From Coprobacillaceae bacterium (GTDB lineage: Bacteria; Bacillota_I; Bacilli_A; Erysipelotrichales; Coprobacillaceae): 32,000 bases of DNA. How positions within the stretch are numbered: the stretch's first letter is position 1; every line of letters begins with the position of its first letter. Below the pieces are notes generated by a model. It made no database searches. It was not told the origin of the DNA and was given only the letters and a program-made list of their open reading frames with translations. The position numbers were made by a program, and so were the translations under genes. The stretch is taken from contig OY776328.1 of the NCBI GenBank assembly GCA_963675515.1, forward strand, positions 1,080,001-1,112,000, written 5' to 3'. This document shows positions 1 to 8,687 of the stretch, piece by piece.

Positions 1-663
1 GGCTTGATGCTTGGGGGTGGAATCCTGCTGGCAATCCACTGGTGGCTGTTTCTTGAATCAATCAAGCTGTCGAGCGTTGCCATTGGAACGATCACCTTCG
101 CTACCTTTCCCTTGTATCTGACGTTTATGGAACCTTGGCTTTTCAAGGAAAAGATCAAAGTCAAAAATGTCCTGCTTTCATTGGCCATTATCCTGGGGGT
201 TGTTGTCATGGTCGACGATTTTTCCCTGGCCAGCAGGACGACTTTCGCCATTTTGATTGGCCTGGTGAGCGCGTTTTTCTACAGCTGCCTGACCCTGCTC
301 AACCGCAAGCTGGTAAAATCGCATGAGGGTGTCCTGATAAGCTTCTGTGAGCAGCTGTTCGCAATGATCGTGCTGTTGCCCTTTGTCGTTGCCATGGGCA
401 TATTACCGGATCTCAATTCGCTGCTGCTTTTGGTGTTTCTAGGAGTGATTACAACAGCGTTGGGTCATACGCTTTTCGTGTCGAGTCTAAGGACGATAAA
501 CGGACAAAGTGCCGGAATCATTTCATCGATGGAATCGGTATATGGGATTTTCTTGGCAGTGTTGATCTTGAACGAGTGGCCCACTCTTTCACAGGTGGCT
601 GGCGGGTTGGTCATCCTGGGTGCGGCAGTCTTCAACCAGCTGGAAATCTCCAAAAAACAGTGA
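1..663 (+). CDS. EamA/DMT-family transporter, 5'-truncated by window edge
   Basis: The frame is open from position 1 and ends at TGA 661-663. The protein is hydrophobic throughout, with multiple predicted TM helices and an EamA-like C-terminal repeat (...GHTLFVSSLRTI...AGIISSMESVYGIFLAVLILNEWP...GGLVILGAAV). Confidence 0.75.
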   Translation, partial: GLMLGGGILLAIHWWLFLESIKLSSVAIGTITFATFPLYLTFMEPWLFKEKIKVKNVLLSLAIILGVVVMVDDFSLASRTTFAILIGLVSAFFYSCLTLLNRKLVKSHEGVLISFCEQLFAMIVLLPFVVAMGILPDLNSLLLLVFLGVITTALGHTLFVSSLRTINGQSAGIISSMESVYGIFLAVLILNEWPTLSQVAGGLVILGAAVFNQLEISKKQ

Positions 664-778
664 TGAAAACATTATATTTTTTATAAATTTGAACGCTTAC
701 ACCACACTTTTTTAATTTTTGTGATATAATTGAGTTGAAGAAATCAACCAAAAATGAAATTTGAAAGGTGGAGTGATC

Positions 779-1450
779 ATGAAGTTGAATAAGTTGTCTA
801 TGGTTTATCTGATTGCGGGTGTAATGACCGTGGTGGCCACGCTTACGGTGTTCCTGGTCAATTCCAACCGCGAATTTGCCTTGCACATATGGCTGGGATT
901 TTTCTCGATGCTTTATGGTGAAGTGGCTTTCTTTGGGGGCCTGATGCTTATTGAAAAATATGCAAAGGAACGCAACCTGCTTATCCTGAGAACCGGCGGG
1001 GGGATCGTGGTGGGTGTCTATGCCCTTTTCACTTTCATTCTTTCATTCGTTTACATGAATATCGAATACGCTTCAACCCTCACATTCCTGAGTTTTCTAG
1101 GAATCCTGCTTGTCTACACCCTGATTGTCGAATTCATCTTCATCATGGTTTCACGCAGGGTGTTCAAAAAGGAAAACAAACCGCAGGTTAAACAATCTGT
1201 GAAGGATGGCTTCATTGAAGAGCTTGATCTTATTGAAGTCAAAGAACCTTATCTGACCCGGATAAACAGTCTAAAGGACAGCGTGAGAAGTCTTGATGGG
1301 TCCAGGGCTGATGAAATCGCTGAAAGATTCTACCGGACTGTCGGAGAACTTCAAGAACAGGTTCGGACATTTTCGCCTGAAAATGAGATGAAGGTAAATG
1401 AGCTGCTTTCAATACTTGAGGACCTTGCAGTTGTAGAGGTTGTTGCATAA
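779..1450 (+). CDS. hypothetical membrane protein (N-terminal TM helices, charged helical C-terminus)
   Basis: ATG 779 sits 5 nt after RBS AAAGGTGGAG (764-773). The track ORF begins at TTG 761. There are 4-5 hydrophobic segments followed by an E/K/L-rich tail. No catalytic motif was recognised. Confidence 0.6.
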   Translation: MKLNKLSMVYLIAGVMTVVATLTVFLVNSNREFALHIWLGFFSMLYGEVAFFGGLMLIEKYAKERNLLILRTGGGIVVGVYALFTFILSFVYMNIEYASTLTFLSFLGILLVYTLIVEFIFIMVSRRVFKKENKPQVKQSVKDGFIEELDLIEVKEPYLTRINSLKDSVRSLDGSRADEIAERFYRTVGELQEQVRTFSPENEMKVNELLSILEDLAVVEVVA

Positions 1451-1499
1451 TCCCAGGATATTTCCGATTAAATGAATCTTATCGAGAGAAGGTGGGATA

Positions 1500-2111
1500 A
1501 TGAAAAGAAAATTACTTTTGCCATGGATTGTCATAATTGTCGCCTTGTTTGTCTTCTGGCCGATTGGCGCTTATCTTATCTATCGCAAGGTTACCCGGGA
1601 TAAGATGGAGCTGCTTAAAAACAGCGGTTCGCTCAACAAGGCCGGACTGATCTTCATAATTGTCGGCTTTGTGATCTTCGCGGGATTCTCATTGTCGGGC
1701 AATTCAACCCTGCGTTCCTTTGCCAACGGCGGGATATTCATCACCAGCGGCGGGGTGGTCATGATATATTTCGGGGTTTCAATCAACCGTCTGGCCAAGC
1801 GCTATCGCAACTACATCCAGATAATAATCAATGACTCCAAGACCAACCTTAGCGAAATCGCCAATCAAATGCATCTAGGTCCAATCAAGGTCGACCGCGA
1901 CCTTCAAAGCATGATCGAACTTGGTTACTTTGGCGAGGCCTATATCGACTATGTCAATGACATTATCGTCATCAAACAAAATGAACCGGATGCAAGCGAG
2001 CAAGGAGATGACCAGGTCACGGTAATCTGCAAGAACTGCGGCGGGCGCAATGTGGCCACTGCCAGCAGATGCCAGTACTGCGATTCCCCAATAGGAGACA
2101 AACAAAAATGA
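1500..2111 (+). CDS. hypothetical membrane protein with C-terminal zinc-ribbon (CKNCGG...CQYC)
   Basis: RBS AAGGTGGG lies upstream of ATG 1500. There are three hydrophobic segments and a CxxC...CxxC motif at the C-terminus. Confidence 0.6.
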   Translation: MKRKLLLPWIVIIVALFVFWPIGAYLIYRKVTRDKMELLKNSGSLNKAGLIFIIVGFVIFAGFSLSGNSTLRSFANGGIFITSGGVVMIYFGVSINRLAKRYRNYIQIIINDSKTNLSEIANQMHLGPIKVDRDLQSMIELGYFGEAYIDYVNDIIVIKQNEPDASEQGDDQVTVICKNCGGRNVATASRCQYCDSPIGDKQK

Positions 2112-2145
2112 AAAAGTTCTGAGATCAAAATCCCAGAACTTTTTC
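2111..2145. terminator. bidirectional intrinsic terminator between convergent genes
   Basis: Stem agttctg (2115-2121) pairs with cagaact (2134-2140). It is flanked by an A-run (2111-2114) and a T-run (2141-2144). Confidence 0.6.
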
Positions 2146-3298
2146 ATTTTTCATCTATTTTGAATCTTGTAGCCAGGACCAGGGCAATCAAGGTTGTCAC
2201 GGAAATCATCAAGTAGACATAATGGAAGCCGGTTGTGCCTGGGAACATGTCGAGGATCCGACCGTAGCCGATCACGAAGATCAAGGAGAACAGACCCCTT
2301 GCCAGCATTGATGAGATTCCATAGGCGGAGTTGACATAGTTTTCATCGACGATGTCGATAACGATTCTAACCGACACCAGGATCATCACGATGCTTGTAA
2401 GTCCCTGGAAGAAGAATGCGGACATTATGGCATGAGGTGAAGGCAATGTCGAATACCATACGTATCTGACGATAGTCAACCCACAGGCGAACACCATCAG
2501 GGTCCGATATGACACTTTCTTGAAGATCCGATCCGAGAAGAACACCGCCGGTATCTCGAACAAGGTGCTAAGAAGCAAAGTGGTCCCCACCAAAGTGGTA
2601 GTCCCACCAAGTTGTTTCATGAACAATGGCATGTAGGTGAACTGGGCCGTATGGGATCCCATATACAGGCAGTTTATTACCATGAACAAGACGAACTTCT
2701 TGTTGTGGATCAGGGTCTTGAACGCCGTTCCGATGGTGACCTGGTTGTCATTGGAAGAATTCGGTATGGCATCCTTCATTCCGGTGTATCCAAAGACCGT
2801 TATTATCAGTCCGATTCCAAAGATGTAATAGTTCATGACTGGTGAGATGTTGTCGTAGACAAATCCCGACAGCTGGGCCGCGATGGCATACAGCAAAGAC
2901 CCCCAGAAGCGGATGGTCCCGAATGGGAATGGGCTGGCAACAGCCAGGCGGTCCGACAGGGCCACGGTACCGTTAAGGAATCCCTGGGCCAGGCCGTTCA
3001 TCAAGAAAAGAAGGATGAAGTTGTTCGAGTAGGCAAAACCCATCCCGCAGAATGTTGCCATTACCAGACAGACTGTCACTATTTTCTTTGGCGATTGGAT
3101 CTTGTCAGCCAAAAACCCGGTAACCGGCTGGAATACCATTGCGAACAGTGAAGCAGCTGAAGTGATAAGTGAGATCTGGGTGGCGGTGCAGTTCTTCCCG
3201 GCCAGAAATACCGAGATGATGCTTGCGAACATCCCCCAAGAAAAATAGAACATCCCATTTGAAAGGGCATAATAGAAATAACTGCCTCGTTTAAGCAT
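2144..3298 (-). CDS. MFS transporter (12-TM type; substrate unknown)
   Basis: This is a 384-aa ORF with RBS GGGAGA upstream. It is hydrophobic throughout and has an MFS-like N-terminal half (FQPVTGFLADKIQSPKK loop). Confidence 0.8.
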   Translation of the reverse strand: MLKRGSYFYYALSNGMFYFSWGMFASIISVFLAGKNCTATQISLITSAASLFAMVFQPVTGFLADKIQSPKKIVTVCLVMATFCGMGFAYSNNFILLFLMNGLAQGFLNGTVALSDRLAVASPFPFGTIRFWGSLLYAIAAQLSGFVYDNISPVMNYYIFGIGLIITVFGYTGMKDAIPNSSNDNQVTIGTAFKTLIHNKKFVLFMVINCLYMGSHTAQFTYMPLFMKQLGGTTTLVGTTLLLSTLFEIPAVFFSDRIFKKVSYRTLMVFACGLTIVRYVWYSTLPSPHAIMSAFFFQGLTSIVMILVSVRIVIDIVDENYVNSAYGISSMLARGLFSLIFVIGYGRILDMFPGTTGFHYVYLMISVTTLIALVLATRFKIDEK

Positions 3299-3442
3299 AA
3301 AGATTCTCCCTAATGATTAATATTTAGTTTTTTATGATTTTTCCAATCATGGTTGATTGATATTTACTATGACGGTAAATGTCAATGAGATAATTAAACC
3401 ACAAATTAAATAAAAAATCATTTTTTTAATAAATATGAAAAT

Positions 3443-3471
3443 AAAAAAATCATTCCCTGAAGTGGGAATGA
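3443..3471 (-). terminator. intrinsic terminator of the 3482-4168 gene
   Basis: Stem tcattccc (3450-3457) pairs with gggaatga (3464-3471). The plus-strand A-run 3443-3449 becomes a U-run on the minus-strand transcript. Confidence 0.55.
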
Positions 3472-3481
3472 CTAGAAAGCT

Positions 3482-4168
3482 TTATGCTGCCAATTCTTTG
3501 TCTTCTATTGGGTTGTTTTCCCTGTCCTTATTGAAGGCAATTGCCTTTAACGGTGCCTCGATATGTTTCATGATGACACCGATTATTTTACCGGTAAGCA
3601 GGGCGGAGATCAGTGTCCCCTCGCGGATGATTGTGACACCATCCAGGTAGAGCAAGGCAATGGTAAAACCGATAGTCACAAAGGCGATATTGTTCAGGGT
3701 CATGGCTTTTGGGAATGATATTTTGAAACGCTCAGCGATAGTCAGATTAAGTCCTTCAGGTGCGTTGGGCACGATATCCATGATTATGTACATCGAAGCC
3801 CCGGTTGCGCAGATTACGATGCCAATGAGCATCAATGCGAACTGTTCGAAATAGCTGTGGGGTGTGATGAAGCTAAGCATCTGTCCGGTCAGGTTGACGA
3901 AGTAGCCAAAGGCAACACTGAACACTGCCTGAAGCAGGTTTTTCTTCTTGAATTTGTTTTTCAGCAGAATGATTTGGGTTAGAACAAATGTGCTGTAAAC
4001 GACAATGGTAACCGTTCCTAAATCGATTCCCAAAGCCAAAGAGATAGGTACATTCAATGCCGATACCGGGGATATTCCCAGGTTGGAAATAATCGACAGG
4101 TTGACTCCGATTGTGATTAGAAACAGACCAAGAAAATAGAGGGCGACGCGGATTATTGTTTTTATCAT
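3482..4168 (-). CDS. YczE/YitT-like integral membrane protein
   Basis: This is a 228-aa ORF with RBS AAGGAG 7 nt upstream. The N-terminus LGLFLITIGVNLSIISNLGISPVSAL is typical of this uncharacterised membrane family. Confidence 0.65.
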   Translation of the reverse strand: MIKTIIRVALYFLGLFLITIGVNLSIISNLGISPVSALNVPISLALGIDLGTVTIVVYSTFVLTQIILLKNKFKKKNLLQAVFSVAFGYFVNLTGQMLSFITPHSYFEQFALMLIGIVICATGASMYIIMDIVPNAPEGLNLTIAERFKISFPKAMTLNNIAFVTIGFTIALLYLDGVTIIREGTLISALLTGKIIGVIMKHIEAPLKAIAFNKDRENNPIEDKELAA

Positions 4169-4184
4169 ATGGGCTCCTTTTTAT

Positions 4185-4218
4185 GGTTGTTATTATTTAC
4201 AACCATATAATAACAACC
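4185..4218. repeat. perfect 12-bp inverted repeat (ggttgttattat / ataataacaacc) with 10-nt loop
   Basis: The arms were read directly at 4185-4196 and 4207-4218. An overlapping alternative 8-bp hairpin pairs atggttgt (4183-4190) with acaaccat (4199-4206). Confidence 0.8.
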
Positions 4219-4256
4219 AGGAGAAAATATGTCTAATGCTTATAATAAATTATTAA

Positions 4257-5141
4257 TCATGCCTCCAAAGCATGGTTAAATACTTCCAGGAAGCGTTTGA
4301 GCAGGGGCGACATGGCAACATCTTTTTTCCAGGCCAGGACGATTGTGCTTGTGAGTTGCGGTTCGAATGGGACGAATTTGATTTTGTTGTGGTCGTAAAT
4401 GTCGAAGGCGCTCTCGAACGTGATCAGGTTGCCAACCTGGTATTCAACCAGGGAAATCGCACTGGAAAGCAGATTGTGTTTGGCGACAAAATTGAGCTGA
4501 CTACGATGTTCCTGGAACCAGTTGCCGATCTCCTTTTGGACAATCGGTCGGATGTTCTGGATCAATGGGACACCGACAAGTTCATCGGGCCTGATAAAAG
4601 GTTTGGATGCCAGGGGATCGAGATTGTTGACAAGCAGGCCCCATCGCTCCTTGAACGGTAGCCGGATATAGTTGTAGTTCTCCAGATCGAATGGTTCCAG
4701 TAAAATTCCAAAATCTATCAGTCCCTGTTCCAGTCCTTCCCTGGTGGAGTCGGCATTGCCGGTAGCCAGGGTGAACTGGACCCGGGGATGTTGCCTTTGG
4801 AATTCCTTGATGATTGGGGGAAGGAAGGTCTGGGATGCGTAGCATTCAGCGGTACCAAACGATATTTCACCAACCAGGTCGTCGTCATTGTTCGCGATTT
4901 CGCTCCGGGTTTTGACAACCAGGCCCAGGATTTCCTGGGCTCTTCTTTTTAGAAGCAGGCCATCACTGGTCAAAGTGATTTTCCGTTTGCCCCGTACAAA
5001 CAGCACCGTGTCGAGTTCCTCCTCCAAAGCCATCAGCTGCCGGCTCAAGGTTGGCTGGGTGATATGTAAAAGGTTGGCGGCCTTGGTTATGTTGAGTTCG
5101 TTTGCCACGGTCAAAAAATATTCCAATGTTCTAAGTTCCAT
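4257..5141 (-). CDS. LysR-family transcriptional regulator
   Basis: The N-terminal HTH reads MELRTLEYFLTVANELNITKAANLLHITQPTLSRQL and is followed by a LysR substrate-binding domain. The start is set at ATG 5141, after RBS AGAGGTG, rather than the track ATG 5177. Confidence 0.9.
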   Translation of the reverse strand: MELRTLEYFLTVANELNITKAANLLHITQPTLSRQLMALEEELDTVLFVRGKRKITLTSDGLLLKRRAQEILGLVVKTRSEIANNDDDLVGEISFGTAECYASQTFLPPIIKEFQRQHPRVQFTLATGNADSTREGLEQGLIDFGILLEPFDLENYNYIRLPFKERWGLLVNNLDPLASKPFIRPDELVGVPLIQNIRPIVQKEIGNWFQEHRSQLNFVAKHNLLSSAISLVEYQVGNLITFESAFDIYDHNKIKFVPFEPQLTSTIVLAWKKDVAMSPLLKRFLEVFNHALEA

Positions 5142-5288
5142 AAGATCACCTCTTTGTCTAATTGTACAATGAAACATGAAGAATAAAAACTAAAACAGCA
5201 ATAAAGTGACAAATGATGTTATATATGCTTAACCAAAAGTGAAATAACTGCTATAATGTAACAAAGTACTATTTTTTGGGGGAAATAT

Positions 5289-5891
5289 ATGAAAGATCTT
5301 TTTGATGACATGACAATTGATTATTATGAGCAGAATGCCCAGAGTTTCTTCGACAATACCGCAAATGTGGAATTTTCAAGCAATCAGGATAAATTCTTGA
5401 GCTATCTCAAACCAGGCAGTCTGATACTTGATTTTGGCTGTGGCAGCGGCCGGGACAGCAAATATTTCCTGGACAAAGGATTCAAGGTTGAAGCGTTTGA
5501 TGGGTCCAAGCAGATGTGTGAAATGGCAACCCAACTGACCGGGCTAGATGTCAAACGGATGTTGTTCAATGAACTTGATGAAAACGAGAAATATGACGGC
5601 ATCTGGGCTTGCGCATCGATATTGCACTTGCCTTTTGATCAACTCTATACGGTTTTTACCAAGGTTGCCAAAGCCTTGAAACAAGACGGGGTATTTTATG
5701 TTTCGTTCAAATACGGCGATTTCCAAGGGGAAAGAAATGGCCGTTATTTTACCGATCTGACAGAAACAAGTTTGGATAAGCTGCTGAGCGATGCCGATGT
5801 ACTGGATTTGGTGGAATATTGGATTTCCGGAGATGTGCGCCCAGGAAGAAGTGATGAAAAATGGCTCAATGCGATCATGAAAAAAGTATAG
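5289..5891 (+). CDS. class I SAM-dependent methyltransferase (small-molecule type; no DNA-MTase motif IV)
   Basis: Motif I LDFGCGSGRDS is present and RBS GGGGGA lies upstream. No (D/N/S)PP(Y/F) or PCQ motif was found. Confidence 0.85.
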   Translation: MKDLFDDMTIDYYEQNAQSFFDNTANVEFSSNQDKFLSYLKPGSLILDFGCGSGRDSKYFLDKGFKVEAFDGSKQMCEMATQLTGLDVKRMLFNELDENEKYDGIWACASILHLPFDQLYTVFTKVAKALKQDGVFYVSFKYGDFQGERNGRYFTDLTETSLDKLLSDADVLDLVEYWISGDVRPGRSDEKWLNAIMKKV

Positions 5892-8356
5892 TTGATAATA
5901 ATCGTGTGGCTTCGCCTAAAGCGCAATCCATAACCGGCGGTGATGATAATTCCCAGCATCTCTACTGGCACTTGAAAAGGAGCATGACAAATGCAGTAAA
6001 GATTGACATAATTGTTTCTTTCCTGATGGAATCGGGGGTAAGAATGATTTTGTCCGATTTGAAAGATGCAATCGAATCCGGAGCAAAAATTAGAATTCTT
6101 ACTGGCAATTATCTTGGTATCACCCAGCCCAGCGCATTATACCTTATTAAAAATGAATTGGAAGACCGGGTCGATTTGCGTTTTTACAATGACAGAAGCC
6201 GTTCGTTCCATCCCAAAGCCTACATTTTCCACTATGAGGATGAAAGTGAAATATACGTGGGGTCATCCAATATTTCAAAAAGTGCGCTGACCACTGGAAT
6301 TGAGTGGAATTACCGTTTTTCAAACAAGACAGATCAGCATAGTTTCAACAATTACTACCATACTTTCAAAAAGCTATTCTATGAAAATTCCATAATTATT
6401 GATGACGATGAACTAAAAAAATACACAAAATCGTGGATAAAGCCGACAGTATTGTACACACTGAATCACTATGATGATAAAAGCGCGACTCAAGAACCAG
6501 AGCGGTTCGAACCGCGGGGCGCCCAGATCGAGGCCTTGTACGAATTGAAAAAAGTGCGTGAGCAAGGTGCAAACAAAAGTTTGATCTATGCGGCTACCGG
6601 TATCGGCAAGACCTATCTTGCAGCCTTTGATTCAGCCGATTATGACAGGGTGCTGTTCGTCGCCCATCGGGAGGAAATCCTCTTACAGGCAGCTACCAGC
6701 TTCAAAAATGTCCGGAAAACAAATGATATCGGCTTTTTCAACAGCAAACAGAAGGATACAGCTAATATGCTTATTTTCGCATCGGTAGCCAGTTTGGGAA
6801 AAAGTGAATACCTCAATGAAAACTATTTCGCTCCGGATTCATTCGACTATATTGTAATCGACGAATTTCACCACGCGGTGAACGACAGTTATCTTAGAAT
6901 TATTGAATATTTCAAGCCAAAGTTCCTGCTTGGATTGACAGCCACGCCGGAGCGGATGGATGGCAAAAACATATATGAGCTTTGCGACTATATCGTTCCA
7001 TATCAGATAAGCCTCAAGGATGCGATAAATCGTGGGATGCTCGTTCCTTTCCGTTATTATGGGATTTATGACGAGACTGTCGACTATACGCAAATTGACA
7101 TTGTAAATGGTAAATATGATTTGGATAAACTCAACAGTAGTTTGATGGTAGCAAATCGTTATGAACTCATTCACAAACATTATATGAAATACGGGTCATC
7201 GAAGGCGCTGGGATTTTGCACCTCTATAGAGCATGCCAAGACCATGGCTCAAGAGTTCAACAAAATGAAAATTCCGGCAGTTGCTGTTTACAGCGGTTCA
7301 AACGGTGACTACGGAATTGACCGGGCCCAGGCATTAAAGAAACTTGAATCGGGCGAAATCAGAGTGATTTTTTCTGTCGACATGTTCAATGAGGGATTGG
7401 ATATACCTGCCATCGATATGGTTATGTTTTTAAGGCCGACCGAATCACCGGTCGTATTTATACAGCAGCTGGGCCGGGGATTGCGCCAACATGAAGGCAA
7501 GGAATATCTCAATGTGCTTGATTTTATCGGTAATTACCAAAAAGCCGGAATGGCTCCGTTTTTGCTTAGTGGTGAATCATACAACAAGAACGAGGCGCTT
7601 AAAAGAGAACAACACGATTTCAAGTTTCCAGCCGGATGCCTTGTCGACTTTGATCTTCGTCTGATTGATTTGTTCAAGCATATGGCTCAAAACAGCTTGA
7701 ATAAAAAGGAATTGATAATCAATGATTATAATCGGATTAAAGACGAATTAGGACATAGACCGAGCCGAATGGAGCTGTTCACCCTTATGGAAAACGGAAT
7801 CTATGATTTATGTCAATCAAATTCCAAAATCAATCCATTCAAAAACTATCTTTCATTTTTGAATGAACTTGGTGAGATGGATGAACAAGAACAATTATTA
7901 TGGAATTCAAATGGCAGAGGGTTTATCAATTTTTTGGAAACCACAAGCATGACAAAGTCATATAAGATGCCATTGTTAATGGCGTTTTACAATAATGGCG
8001 AGATCAAGATGGACGTTGACGAAGAAGATATTTTCAACCATTTTAAAGATTTTTACAATCAGGGGCTAAACGGCCAGGATCTTGAAAAGGACAAAGGAAA
8101 CCAGGATTACCTGAATTGGGGCAAAAGCGAATTTGTTGCCAAGGCAAGATCTCAACCAATAAAGGCGATGCTGAATTCCGGAAAAAACTACTTTGTCGAA
8201 AGAGAGGATTGTTTGCTTTCATTGGACAATACGTTGGCGCCACTGATTCGAGATGATGCGTTCAAGTATCATTTAAAAGATGTAATTGAATATAGAACTA
8301 TGGAATATTTTAGACGCAGTCGTTTTGCAAATCCTAATGAAGTTAAAGTTAGATAA
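5861..8356 (+). CDS. PLD-family (HKD) nuclease domain + SF2 (ResIII-type) helicase + DUF3427-like C-terminal domain
   Basis: The HKD motif FHPKAYIF...GSSNIS lies at about 6209-6277. Helicase motifs seen are Walker A AATGIGKT (6590-6613), DEFHH, GLTATPER and QQLGRGLR. The C-terminal ~250 aa carries SYKMPLLMAF, as in DUF3427 proteins. The start is uncertain: ATG 5861 overlaps the upstream gene by 31 nt, and the next ATG (5984) would remove part of the PLD domain. Confidence 0.85.
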   Translation: MAQCDHEKSIVDNNRVASPKAQSITGGDDNSQHLYWHLKRSMTNAVKIDIIVSFLMESGVRMILSDLKDAIESGAKIRILTGNYLGITQPSALYLIKNELEDRVDLRFYNDRSRSFHPKAYIFHYEDESEIYVGSSNISKSALTTGIEWNYRFSNKTDQHSFNNYYHTFKKLFYENSIIIDDDELKKYTKSWIKPTVLYTLNHYDDKSATQEPERFEPRGAQIEALYELKKVREQGANKSLIYAATGIGKTYLAAFDSADYDRVLFVAHREEILLQAATSFKNVRKTNDIGFFNSKQKDTANMLIFASVASLGKSEYLNENYFAPDSFDYIVIDEFHHAVNDSYLRIIEYFKPKFLLGLTATPERMDGKNIYELCDYIVPYQISLKDAINRGMLVPFRYYGIYDETVDYTQIDIVNGKYDLDKLNSSLMVANRYELIHKHYMKYGSSKALGFCTSIEHAKTMAQEFNKMKIPAVAVYSGSNGDYGIDRAQALKKLESGEIRVIFSVDMFNEGLDIPAIDMVMFLRPTESPVVFIQQLGRGLRQHEGKEYLNVLDFIGNYQKAGMAPFLLSGESYNKNEALKREQHDFKFPAGCLVDFDLRLIDLFKHMAQNSLNKKELIINDYNRIKDELGHRPSRMELFTLMENGIYDLCQSNSKINPFKNYLSFLNELGEMDEQEQLLWNSNGRGFINFLETTSMTKSYKMPLLMAFYNNGEIKMDVDEEDIFNHFKDFYNQGLNGQDLEKDKGNQDYLNWGKSEFVAKARSQPIKAMLNSGKNYFVEREDCLLSLDNTLAPLIRDDAFKYHLKDVIEYRTMEYFRRSRFANPNEVKVR

Positions 8357-8578
8357 ATCGGATATGGACAATATAGAAATGGATAATTCAATTTCATAAC
8401 AAGGTAAATAGGTAGCTGATGAGATTGGCGAGGAAATTTAACAACTTGTTGGCCTTTAATATTTGACTTGTTTGTTCCGTCATTGTGTTATTGATGTGAG
8501 TAATTGACCGTTTTTCCTTTATTGGATATTATAAGTTCATTAGAAAAAATTGATATTGGGACAATAAATAGGAATCTA

Positions 8579-8606
8579 TTGAAATATCAATATCAATATC
8601 TATAAA
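8579..8606 (+). promoter_or_regulatory. candidate sigma-70-type promoter for the GmrSD-like gene
   Basis: TTGAAA (8579-8584), a 16-nt spacer and TATAAA (8601-8606), located 80 nt upstream of ATG 8688. Confidence 0.3.
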
Positions 8607-8687
8607 AATTATTTGTAGGGAGGACAGCACTTTTGAGGATAATTTATGTAATGATGAAGAGATAGTTATATAGAAAAGGAGAAGATT

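Noticed and set aside
5289-5891. Methyltransferase as the modification half of a classical R-M system with the PLD-helicase
   Set aside because: There is no catalytic motif IV of N6A/N4C MTases, no PCQ/ENV motifs of C5 MTases and no target-recognition domain. At 200 aa it is typical of small-molecule MTases. The overlap with the helicase gene is kept only as a lower-confidence finding.
8583-8600. Short tandem repeat atatcaatatcaatatc, considered as a possible CRISPR or iteron
   Set aside because: It has only about 2.5 copies of a 6-7-nt unit in an AT-rich spacer and no spacer-repeat architecture. It more likely just forms part of a promoter spacer.
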